Shown here piece by piece: positions 51,760 through 63,116 of a stretch of DNA of 64,000 nt; within the stretch, counting starts at the first letter, position 1; each line of letters opens with the position of its first letter. This DNA comes from Octopus sinensis. Lineage: Eukaryota. Under the pieces are notes generated by a model that saw only the letters and a program-made list of their open reading frames with translations, was not told the DNA's origin and made no database searches. The DNA lies in NCBI RefSeq assembly GCF_006345805.1, contig NC_043007.1, forward strand, positions 48,794,001 through 48,858,000, given 5' to 3'. The position numbers and the translations under genes were made by a program.

Positions 51760-52230
51760 AAATTTGATATGAACATTATCAGGCTGTAGCAATATTTCTC
51801 TACAAACATTGTCAGGTTGCAACAATATTTCTCTATAAGCATCATCAGGTTGTAACTATATTTCTCTATGAACATTACCAGGGTGCACCAATATTTTACT
51901 ACAGACATAAACAGGTTACAGCAATACTTTTCTACAAACATTATCAGATTGTAGCTGTATTTCTCTATGAGCAATATCAGGTTATACTAATATTTTGCTA
52001 CAAATATTATCAGGTTGTAGCAGTATTTTTGTATGAACACTATCAGGTTGTAGCTATATTTTGTTTTGAGCATTATCAGGCAGTAGCAATATTTCACTCC
52101 AAACGTTATCAGGTTGTAGCAATATTTCTCAATGAACTTTATGTGGTTGTGGCAATATTTCTCTGCGAACACTATGAAGCTGTAGCAATATATTGCTATG
52201 AACAATATCAAGTTGCAGCAATATTTCAGT
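51760..52230. repeat. 33-bp minisatellite, ~14 degenerate copies
   Basis: Unit ~ aacattatcaggttgtagcaatatttctctatg; explains the EKYCYNLIMF-repeat ORFs. Confidence 0.9.
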
Positions 52231-52587
52231 TTGTAACTTCTTTCAGCAACTTAACTTGGTTTTCAAAAAATTATTATGATGAGTAATGAACTAAAATACC
52301 TTTGTTGGTTAAAATGAATCTGATTGAAAGAATTGAACATATGTCATACATTAAATAAAATGTAAAATTTGATGTATTACATAGTAAAAAACAACCTCTT
52401 ATATATAATAGAAGAGAAATGGAATATTGTAACATTTATGGCTTGCCAAAGGACATTAGTTATGAAGCAAAATACTACAAATAGGTATCAAAACCTGATC
52501 ATCTGAGTTGACTCACCAAGAGTTATGAATTAGGTGAGTCAAAAGTTTTCAAATCAAATCAGAATTATTATATTTTAAAGTACTCAC

Positions 52588-52722
52588 CTGCCGCATTCCA
52601 TGTGATGTTGATTTTCAACTCCCAGGCCCATTATTAGGCTGCAGTATGTCTGTCCAAGGAGATTCTGAGAAATTTCTAGCTTAGCATTTGCCTTCAGTTC
52701 AGATTCATAAGAATTCACAGGG
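52588..52722 (-). CDS. PPP1R36: PPP1R36 exon
   Basis: tttcag|...|gtgagt; PVNSYESELKANAKLEISQNLLGQTYCSLIMGLGVENQHHMECG matches LAQKYCILVLGL...HHMCCG. Confidence 0.95.
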
Positions 52723-53958
52723 CTGAAATTACAAGTCTTTTGCTTTTTTATTAGTGAACATATGATTGTCTGTGACCACAGTTGCAGGGATCGTATTGAC
52801 CAAAGTATTTATTTGAGTGTTTTACTCATTTTATCAATCTCTATTTATCAAATGGCTAAGTTATGGTTATGACATAAGGTTCACAATTTGACACACTATC
52901 TTGCATTACACACCCATGCACACACACACACACACATACACACACATGCACACGCGCGCGCGTACACACACACACACACACATACACACAAGCATTCCTC
53001 TTGTTGCAGAAACTCTGATTACACAATCCCTCACTTGCTGGAACTAAACTTGGGCTATAGCGGATAATTCCACCTTTACAGAAATTTAGGTAAATGTTAA
53101 CAATTTTAAACTAAATTCACAATATGTACAGACACACACACTCACACATATGAATATAAAACAATTTCATTTAGAATTAATATATACTTAGCGTGACAAT
53201 TCACTTAACCACTCTTCATCATTTTCTTCTCACAATATCATCATCATCATCATCATCATTTAATGTCAATTTTCCATGCTGGCATGTGTTGGACAGTTTG
53301 ACAGAAGCTAGCAAGCTGGAGAGCTGTGCCAAGCTCCAGTTGTCTGATCCGGTATGGTTTCTATGGCTGGATGCCCTTCCTAATGCCAACTACTTTTTAT
53401 ATGGCACCAGCACAGGAGCTTTGTATGTGGCCCCAGCACAGGTACTTTTTACATAGCATCAGCATGGGTGCATTTTATGTGTTGCTGGCACAGATGCTTT
53501 TTACGTGACACCAGCATGAGTGCTTTTTATGTAGCACCAATATGGGTGCTTTTTATGAGGCATTTTGTATATTTTTGTTGCTTATAACCAACCAGCTCAA
53601 CTCTTTGAATGATTTAATTTATTCTCCCACAGTTTATTCTTTTTCATTTGTCATTATCCTTGATCCTTTTGTTACCATATTTCTTCTGAAACACATAGAC
53701 TTTGCTTCAGTTAATTTTTAAAATAATGAAGAATTTAGTAAAGCACCATTATTATTATTATTATTAAGTTGGTTTTTTAAACAAATTAGCAGTATTTTGA
53801 TGACAAGTTTCAGTTTAGATCACTTTAAATCAAGAAATTTGTATCATAGAACCAGAGGTGATTTCAGGCAGGTTGCTATCAAATGAGTGGACATTCTTTT
53901 CAACATCAATCTACCCCTTCCATATAAGTCTTCTAATGACATCATTAAGGTTACTTAC

Positions 53959-54057
53959 AAATAATTACTCTGATATTTCTTCCGTAAAGCTTCTCTCTCA
54001 AAGTAGAAATGGAAATATCGCAACAGGTTGATGAGGAACAAGTCAAACTGCGGGGAA
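53959..54057 (-). CDS. PPP1R36: PPP1R36 exon
   Basis: cttcag|...|gtaagt; SPQFDLFLINLLRYFHFYFEREALRKKYQSNY resembles DEFLMALLYYLSHYLEK. Confidence 0.92.
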
Positions 54058-56464
54058 CTGAAGAAGAAATAAACAAATAAATATACAAGTTAATATAAGT
54101 TATTGATTGAACATCTTTGAACAGATATATTGCTAGATAAGTCACTCTTCCTATTAATTTTGACTAGTAGGACCTGTGAATATTTCACAGAATTAATGGT
54201 AAACCTATTGGGTTATTTCTGAAAACTTTATCCAAAAATCCTGAAAGTGTAGCCTGTATTGTGTCTGTATGGAAGAAGAGTCACCCATCTGCTACTCATT
54301 GCAAAGTGAAAGAAATTGGAATGCGATGATTACTTAATATGCACTTTATATATACACTTTATATACTTTATACACAATTTTATAGGCTTAATATGCAGCA
54401 CTCATAAAATAAATGTTCACTCTTATTTTTCCATTTTCCCCATAAACAAACAAAAAGAAAATCCCATACATATGATACAACCCTTAGCTGAATTGCATAT
54501 ATCTGCTATGTAAACTAGCATGAATATTTCATGGAATTGCACTTAGGCGTATGTGTTAAGTGATAGAACTTAGTTCAATTAAAAGAAAAGTACTCTTTTC
54601 ACTATGCAATCACCACTCTCTCTACCCCTCTCCCTCTCTTTCTCCCCTCCCTCTCTCTGCTTTTCTTTAACCTCATCATCAGAACAGCACCCCTCTGCTA
54701 AAATTATATTTCTAACTCTCTTTCTCTATATCCATACCTTCAACTAACATTTTTAACCACGTAAAAGATTTTACATTCCCCCTACCACATATTACAAATG
54801 CTTTTTTTCTCTCTCCTTCTTTCTGTCTCTCTCTTCACCCTATCCTTTTTCTCTCCCCTTTTTCTTTCTCCTCTCTTTCCCTCCAACTAATCACTTGAAA
54901 GCATTATAATTACATTCCTCTACCTCACATCATGGACACTTCTCTCTCTTTTTCTCTCTTCCACTTTTCTTTCTTCCTCTTTTTCTCTAATCCTGTGAAA
55001 GTGTTACTGATGGGCTAAGTAACATAATGACAAGCAGAATTATTATAAGATGGCGTTCTTCCATGATACTGCCAGTGAAAGCTTCTCTATACGCTACAAG
55101 AAAATGTTTTTTCTTACTGGATACAGGAGTCGGGCCTATAGCTTTTGCAGTCCCCATGAGATTGGGGAGATTGATGTGGTTAATGTTTCTTTCAAACAGT
55201 AGCAAGTCAATAACTGAAGGAAAAACATGTCCTTAGATGTAGGGTCCCATGACAACCTGAGGGAATTCCAGTTCTGTGAAGAAATGACTGGATATGGTGG
55301 TTAACAAAGGCCCTGAAGGAGCAGACAGAAGTGGTAAAAGATAGATACATGAATGAGTCAAGAGTGCCTAGTACAACACTACAATTAATGATACAAGGAG
55401 CAAGTTTAGAGTAAATTATAAATCTGATGGTTTGAATCCAGTACATTAACTAAGGTGTCCTTTCCAAGGTTTTATAAAATAATTTAAAAGAGCTTTGACT
55501 GATATTTTTAGCAGATCAAGCCACTGAATGAAGGCTCCATCATTGGTTCAAGGTGTAGATATAAAGTGAAAATGAATTTAAAAAATATGAGTATTTGGTG
55601 ACCCTGTTATTGTAATCTTAATGAAGACCGTTAACAAGTTTGCATAGAGCAAAAATGAAGAAAACACTGCTATGCAGGAAAACTATCAAATGGGTTAATG
55701 AGAATAGTTTTTATATTGATTTCAAATTTTGGCACAAGGCCAGAAATTCCAGGAGAGAGGTTAAGTCGATTACATCGATCCCAGTGTCCAACAGGTACTT
55801 ATTTTATTGACCCCTAAAGGATGAACAGCAAAGTCGACCTCAGTAGAATTTGAACTCAGAATGTACAGGTAGATGAAATGCCAATAAGCATTTTACCCAG
55901 TACGCTAATGGTTCTGCCAGCTCACCGGCCTCAATAGTTTTTATATTGTTGTTCAATAGTGTTCTCTATAAATAGCATCTCAATTTCTTCCAGAGACTTC
56001 AGTTGCTAAAAATAAGTTCAACATTTGAGTTCACATTAACTTGATTACCATAACAACAGACAACCAGCATTGGTGTTTCAAAATCATAGCTATCTTAAAA
56101 ATGGAAATATTGTGGATAATGTAATTCTAGGTACACTGCCTGGAAACAAAAATATAAAATGGTGTGGTCATGACTGGAATGCTTTGATCAAAGATCTGCT
56201 CAATCAAGACTGTGATCTTTGGCTAAACAACAATGGCAGCAGCAATGGCATTGGTAACAACAGTGATGGCAATAACATTGGCAACGGTATTGACAACAAC
56301 AGTGATGATGACAACAGCATTGATGATGATGATGACAATAATGACAGCAAAGAATTATTCACTTTTATAATTTATGATTATGTGAAAATCCTTCCTTGGC
56401 TATGAAGAAGATGTTAAATTTGTTAAGTCAGTACAAATTTTAAAAAGCAATTACTAATACGTAC

Positions 56465-56531
56465 TGATAGATTGTGTAGAAGCTCTCGGGTGTCTTACCA
56501 AAATGATAAGAAGTGGTCTGGTCAGTAATAC
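56465..56531 (-). CDS. PPP1R36: PPP1R36 exon
   Basis: ttcaag|...|gtacgt; ITDQTTSYHFGKTPESFYTIY; phase 1-2 bridges its neighbours. Confidence 0.78.
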
Positions 56532-57178
56532 CTTGAAGACAATTAACAGGGGGTTAGTTTTAAAAAAAAAGAAAAGAAAGAGAAGAAAGAGGAAATGTAT
56601 AGTTTTAATTATTTTCTTAAGTGAGACAATCACAATATTACTAACTGTTCAAAAATAATATCAAACTACAGATGCATTAGCAATTTACAGTTTATAGCTC
56701 ACACCATAAATACAGTCAAATGTAAACGTCTTTATATACCATAGCTTAATGGACAGAAAAAAGGGAATCAGACAGACTAATTTCTGTTGTGTAACTGAGT
56801 ACCCTCCTTAACTCTTTTGATACCAACCTCATCAAATTGTTCATTATTTAAAAAAATTAATTGAAACAAAGACAGTGTATTTCAATAGAAATATGTTAAC
56901 AAAAAGGTTAACTACCCACAGACATGATACATATAAATTCACTGTTCTCATGTGAACTGGATGGATTAATTTGGTTATATATCATTCTCAGTCGTGAGTT
57001 TTATCAGTAAACTACTAATGTTAACAGTGTGTTTGTTTCAGTGTTGTACAATGCATAACATAGTACTGTCAGTATATGTTTAGATAACACACTATACATA
57101 TATAATGTAACCACATGTGGATCGTTGGCGATTTTTTCCCTCCGTTTTCCTTTTCTCTTGAACTTTCCTCCGTCTCCT

Positions 57179-57213
57179 GTTTCTGATGAAGGACTTTGCT
57201 TGAAACATAAAAA
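57179..57213 (+). ncRNA. Minimal type I hammerhead motif with intact core, in a ~220-bp pyrimidine-rich unit (~57110-57330)
   Basis: TTT-CTGATGA-AGG(ACTTTG)CTT-GAAA-CA-TA-AAA. Confidence 0.6.
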
Positions 57214-57323
57214 CTACCTTTCTTTCCTACCCTGAGCATCTGCTAATACTTTGTATGTACCGCATCCTTGCGTTGTTGTTTTTTCTTGTGTTTGCTCTTT
57301 ATTTTTTGTTTGGTTTTTTTTTT

Positions 57324-57360
<37 letters not shown>

Positions 57361-57533
57361 TTTGTATTGTAAAAGGTTGTTCTTTCCTAGGGATAAATTT
57401 TATTGAAACATACATCAGTTTAGCTCTATGTTGATTAACGATATTGGAAAAAAAAATTTTAAGATTATAAAGAAAAATGGAGAATACATACATAGGATAA
57501 TCAATTTATTTATTATATCAAAGTCAATTCATA

Positions 57534-57624
57534 TTGCCTACCAGGCATTTCAGTTTGTTGCTCCATCCAACTTTGCATATTTAAAGTGCATTAAAAGTTG
57601 AAAGCAAAAATCTCCTCAGGGCAA
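57534..57624 (-). ncRNA. Type I hammerhead ribozyme motif with intact catalytic core
   Basis: TTGCC-CTGAGGA-[GATTTTTGCTTTCAACTTT...AAAGTTGGATGGAGCAACAAACT]-GAAA-TGCCTGG-TA-GGCAA; 5-bp stem I; GUA site. Confidence 0.75.
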
Positions 57625-57637
57625 ATTGTCTTCCATT

Positions 57638-57728
57638 TTGTCCTGAGATCGTTTTTGCTTTCAACTTAATAAGGCACTTTAAATGTACAAATTTGAATGA
57701 GCAACAAACCAAAACATTGCGTAGGCAA
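57638..57728 (+). ncRNA. Mirror, mutated hammerhead copy
   Basis: TTGTC-CTGA(-)GA-...-AAAA-CATTGCG-TA-GGCAA; one core base deleted and G12 changed to A. Confidence 0.65.
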
Positions 57729-57799
57729 TATGAACTGACTATGGTAATTAATAAATAATGTGATTATCCTATGTATATATTCTCCATTTTCCTTTATAT

Positions 57800-57843
<44 letters not shown>

Positions 57844-57889
57844 CTGTGGTTTATGTGTATTTGCATGATGCACCATGTTCATATTTCTG

Positions 57890-58380
57890 TTTTGAACCTC
57901 TCTTTATCTTGTTATCATTCAGCCTAGCCCCTATACATCACTTATCCCCATGTGCTTCCATTCGTCCCTAAATTGTGCCCCTTTTCCATTTGGACCCAAA
58001 TTGTTTCCCTTTCATCTTCCCATCAACATGAAGGTCTCCCAGGTAGTCTCTTCTGACCTCTTGGATATCAGTTATGACTGCAAAGGTCCACTTGTTGTAT
58101 ATGAGCCTTGTGACATGTCTGGCCCAGCAGAATTTGTGCTTTTGGTATTCTATAATTATATCATTCACTCCACTGTGTTTTCAAATTACCTCATTTTGGA
58201 TATGCTTCCAAAAAATACTGTATAGTTTTAGCAAGTCTAAAGGCTTTAACTGTGTAATGTTCATTACTATTGTTTGGCAATTCTGTTTTGGAGCTGATTA
58301 GATTTTCATGTACCCAGTAAATAAAGATTTCTTGGTGTTTGCTGTGCCTCTGAGCCTGATTATGTTTCCAAGACATTTTC
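57890..58380 (-). mobile_element. Old RTE-like LINE 3' fragment
   Basis: KFCWARHVTRL..NKW motif. Confidence 0.65.
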
Positions 58381-58652
58381 TATATTACATTTTTCTTCTT
58401 TACATCATCCATTTTCATTTATGTCATACCAATTTTATCACTTTTCTCAATTATTCTACAGATTAAGACAATTCCTTGCAATTGGAAAGAAAGTTACTCT
58501 CTTGGAGAGAAAATTACACAGCTTCCTACTCTTAATTATTACTAAGAACTAAATTATAGCAACTTACATCATATTTATGTGATGACTTTATCTCTCTAAT
58601 GAGATAATTAGAGTTCAAACCCTACCACAACCTCAGATAAATAGGAACTTAC

Positions 58653-58750
58653 TTTTTAAGTGCTGCAGTGTGACAACATCAGTTGATTTATGGAAAGATG
58701 AAGATTTTTTAAATACAGGTTGTCCAGGATGTTGCTCCCAAGAAGTTTTC
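58653..58750 (-). CDS. PPP1R36: PPP1R36 exon
   Basis: ctgcag|...|gtaagt; KTSWEQHPGQPVFKKSSSFHKSTDVVTLQHLK; phase 2-1. Confidence 0.82.
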
Positions 58751-58896
58751 CTGCAGGTACAAGAGCATTAAAAAAAAACAGAAAACAGACAAAATGATTA
58801 TTAAAAAAATCAGAATACAGTTTCAACAAATTTTCTAAACAAGGAAAGATTACCAAAACACAAACACATGCACACAAATAAAAACAAAGAGTGCAC

Positions 58897-58936
<40 letters not shown>

Positions 58937-59949
58937 ACACACACCAACATACATATACATATATATTTATTTTATGCACACACATTTAGAACAGATGAGA
59001 GAAGTGAGGTGAGAGAGTAGATGTTTATTCTATTCATTCACAGCTGTTTCATAGTCTTGTCAGTTATATAATAGATGTTACATCAATTTTAACTTACATA
59101 TAAAATAGAACAATGTAATTTTAGAGGGAGAAGTTTAAAAAAAAAAAGAAATAAAAGTCAAATAACCAGAAAAATATAAACATAAATGATAAAATAAGTT
59201 TGTGAAAGATGATGTGGAAGGAATAAATTAATTTCCAAAGAGAGGTAAGTCGACCAGTCTAGTATTAATTTAGGTGAATAAATGAATAGATAAATATGTA
59301 AATAAATAAAGAAAATAAATAATGGTTTCAAATTTTGCCACAAGAGCAGCAATTTTGTGGGAAGGGTAGAGTCGCTTACATCAACCCCACTGTTCAACTG
59401 ATACTTATTTTATCGACCCTGAAGGATGACAGGCAAAGTTGACCATGGCAAAATTTGAACTCAGAACATAAAGACAGACAAAATGCTGCTAAGAATTTTT
59501 CCCAGCATGCTAACAATTCTGCCTGAAAAGTCATGTGGTCAGTTGGAAGAGAGGAACATAAAGGGTGAATATAATAAGGTTTAAAAGAAAGATTAGGACA
59601 GAAAGTGGGGCATAATTTGTTGGAATTTCATGCCCTGCCAGTTTTGAGGGATGCCAGAAGAATATTAGTATGGTATCAAATACATACATATTCTGAATAA
59701 TCACAAGCACATTAGCACACATGTTCATACATTCAAATGTGAGTATTAGTGCACACATACATACATACATACATACATACATACATACATACATACATAC
59801 ATACATACATACATACACACACACACAGACACAACCATTTCACACATATATATAGACACACACATGTATATGGACACACACATTTTTTACATATTTTATA
59901 TATAGTCATAGACTGGCAATTCCATTCATCCCCAGTTTGATTCAAGTAC

Positions 59950-60480
59950 ACAATGTTGAGAAGCCACAAAAATGGCAAGATATTGGTATCCATCATTCCA
60001 GAATTCGATCAGAGGTGAGTTGTGCACCTGTAAAGATGCATCATTACTCATGTTGGTGCCAAAATCACACACTGATTTTGATTTTCATTGAGTTTCCTGT
60101 TTTGGTAGTGCATGGCTTGGAATTTTGCAGTATTAAACTGCATGTTATTTTCCTTGGCCCACCTGTATATTGTGTCCAACTCACGTTGCAGATGCACAAT
60201 GTCTCCAGGGTTCTGTACCCTCTGAGAGACTTTTGTGTCATCTGCATAGCTAGCAAGAGTAGCTACTTGAGCAGCTAAGGGCATGTCAGAGAAGACCACA
60301 ATGAATGGCAGTGGCCAGTGCCCTGTGGAACACCACTCATTATTTGTGTTTTCTTGGACCCCATTGACCACCACTACCTGACTTCTATTTTTTTAGAAAG
60401 TCATGTAGCCATTCTCCAAGTTTTCCAAATATGCCAAGATTTTAGAGCTTGTGACAAATCATACCATGGCTGACTTTTGC
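59950..60480 (-). mobile_element. CR1/L2-group RT fragment
   Basis: LASYADDTKV...LQRELDTIYRWAKENNMQFNTAKF. Confidence 0.85.
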
Positions 60481-61044
60481 AGGGAATGCATTATCAGAAT
60501 GTTCACAAGTCCATAGACAACAAATCCAGGACACTAATGTTCACCAAATTCTATTGAGCAAACAGAAACATATGGTCAGGAAACGTTTCTAATTTTTCCT
60601 TTCCTCAAACCACATGACACAAGTGAGGTTAGAAGAAGGAGAAAGAGAAACAGTTTATTAAAATGTTCAAACCTGTTTTGAATGGAAATAACAACAATGA
60701 TATAATAACCAGTTAATGATGTGGATTAAAAAATATCTTTAACACATGAATATAAACAAATCACAGAAGACTCCCACCAACTGAAATAAAAACGATCAAA
60801 ACCAAGATTGCTCACTCATAAAATCATTACATGTAAACCACAAGCTGAATGGTTAAAATAAAAGCAGGATCTATGCCAGTAATATCAGTACGCCTGGCAA
60901 ACCATGAAGTTTAAGATGTATGCAGATTAGTCAAAACCGTATTTCAAAAATTCAGCTTGTTAGAGCCTTCTAAGAGATACAAAAAGAAGTCAGTCATTTT
61001 ACTATAGTTGTCAAGAATTCAACTGTCATTTAAATACATTTCGA

Positions 61045-61074
61045 AATCTGATGATTACTATGAAAGTGCTAATT
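61045..61074 (+). ncRNA. Possible minimal hammerhead relic with collapsed stem II
   Basis: AAT-CTGATGA-TTACTAT-GAAA-GTGC-TA-ATT. Confidence 0.35.
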
Positions 61075-61221
61075 GAACTTTATGAACATTACAAAATTTG
61101 CTTTTTAATATTTAACACACTTCAACATCGTAAAATTTTTTTTTTAAATACCATAATAAAAAACATGAAAACTGGACCATGTTTTAACTTATTCAACTGA
61201 TATATATATAGGTATAGGTAT

Positions 61222-61318
<97 letters not shown>

Positions 61319-61319
<1 letters not shown>

Positions 61320-61685
61320 TAGCAGTATCGCCCGGCGTTGCTCAGGTTTGTAAGGGAAATAACTATAAAGCATTTTTAGAGAGTTATAGCCAAAAAATAG
61401 CAAAAAAATGGAAAAAAATGATGGTAAATTTTTTTTGAGAGTAAAAAAAGGTGGAGTTGCGTCCCCTAGACAGTTTGCGGTTTGTGTTTCAGATTCTCGA
61501 CCCCATGTCGAATTTATCGATTTTTTTCAGAACTGGGGGAACTTTTCAAAATTTCCGCTGCGTTAGTTTTGAATTATGACATTGGGCTATGTGTGTGTCA
61601 AGTTTCATCAGAATCGGTTGAAAGCCGTGGTCAGGGTGAGGGTACAAGCAAACAGACACACAGAAACACGCACAGACAAACTGCC

Positions 61686-61700
<15 letters not shown>
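61319..61700 (-). mobile_element. Non-autonomous Helitron-like element inside a (TA)n tract
   Basis: Minus-strand end cctgagcaacgccgggcgatactgCTAG|T; homologous to 19707-20657. Confidence 0.8.
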
Positions 61701-61749
<49 letters not shown>

Positions 61750-61750
61750 A

Positions 61751-61840
61751 TATAAAAATTAACAGAATGAGATAAAAACCCAAGGCTGTAGAAAACTTTC
61801 ACAGCCTTGGGTTTTTTATCTCATTCTGTTAATTTTTATA
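61751..61840. repeat. Near-perfect 90-bp palindrome
   Basis: 39-bp stem tataaaaattaacagaatgagataaaaacccaaggctgt with its reverse complement (one extra T). Confidence 0.95.
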
Positions 61841-62151
61841 TATATGCATGCTAATATACTACCTACGTTGGACTCATCATTGTATCATCATCGAACCTGG
61901 CGCTTAACTAGTCTGTCCATAGCACTTCCTCAGCATTACCTGACACTTTTGGGTCTTCTTGACACCAATACCTTTCATACCCTCGATGTATATATCCATA
62001 TGTATATGTGTGGTATTCCATTTTATTAATGTATATCGTAAACAAATGAAATTCAACAAAAAGAATCAGTGCAATGTCTGTATGTAGTTTTGAACTCATA
62101 ACCCTCATGTCCATACCTCTGTACAATGATGTTGGGAATAGAAACACTTAC

Positions 62152-62226
62152 AGATCAGCTAACATTGCCTCAGTTTGGTCTTTTGTTCGCATTATTTTGT
62201 CTGCTTTTTCTATAGCATCGAAAATT
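62152..62226 (-). CDS. PPP1R36: PPP1R36 most 5' exon seen in the window (gene continues beyond 64000)
   Basis: tttcag|...|gtaagt; IFDAIEKADKIMRTKDQTEAMLAD; phase 2-2. Confidence 0.78.
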
Positions 62227-63116
62227 CTGAAAATATAATGGAGACTATTCTGGGAGGAAATTGAAAGAAGTAAAATAAAAAGCAGAATTTATGTCATGAA
62301 AGAAATAAAATAAATGAAGGAAGAATTTATCTTGATAGAGGATATTATATTAAAGCAGTATTTTGATACTGAATTCTTCATAGGAATTAATACAATTTTT
62401 CATAGGAATGAGCTGAGATCTTCAAAAGGACTTTTGACCTTTTAATTGCTTGATGAGGAGGCACTAATTTGTAACCATGGAAAAGTTTTTGTAAAGAGAA
62501 CACTTCAGACTTGCCAGACTGGCAGAAGGCTTTTAAAGAAAATACTCAGAAGAAAACTGATGGCTGAGCCTCAACAGGGTTGTTTAATCAGTCAGAAATA
62601 GTAGTCAAACTAGTGATCACATAAGATTTTAAATACTCATTTGAAGAGTACAAATGGCACTACAAAGCTACTTAATTTGCTGGAAATATCAACCTAATTC
62701 CTGCAAATGACAACCTAAACTTTTAAAAATAGATTCATTAGATAATATAATCATAAATATACAAAAAGATTAGACGACTACAGCTGAACAGATTTGCATT
62801 ATAGGTCTGCTCAGTCAGGGCTGACCTGGGGCTAAACAACATTATCAGCAACAACAATATCAACAACAATTACAGTTTCAAAATGTTAGTTTCTTTGTAA
62901 AAGATAAATGGTATACAATCTCTTCTTGTTCTGTTGTAATACGTTCTCATTGAGGATGCTTTATAGATATGCTTTATGGACTCTGGACAGATGGAAGATA
63001 AAGTTGGCTTCAATAGGATTTGAACTCAAGGAAGTAAAGGATCATAACTAAATACTGTGTGGAATTTTGTCTGTCACTCAACTGATTCTGCCAATCCACC
63101 ACACTTAATAATAATA

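Larger units (their letters stand above)
57466..57798. repeat. ~330-bp imperfect inverted repeat (foldback)
   Basis: aaaatggagaata/tattctccatttt, ttcatattgcctac/gtaggcaatatgaa, aagttgaaagcaaaaa/tttttgctttcaactt. Confidence 0.92.

Noticed and set aside
51760-52230. CRISPR-like array
   Set aside because: Contiguous tandem units without unique spacers, in eukaryotic intronic DNA
54995-55050. CTGATGG-GCT...AGC-AGAA motif after a pyrimidine tract; adjacent possible Penelope coding relic at 55050-55450
   Set aside because: Core too degenerate and no diagnostic RT or GIY-YIG motif could be read
56070-56405. Asn/Asp-rich 111-aa ORF
   Set aside because: Dispersed repeat followed by a degenerate trinucleotide tract; no splice or homology support
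59035-59066. Minus-strand CTGACAA-GACTAT-GAAA-CAGCTG-TG hammerhead-like motif
   Set aside because: No stem I or II pairing; the same GAAACAGCTGTG string occurs by chance antisense to a KLHDC2 exon (~8383-8394)
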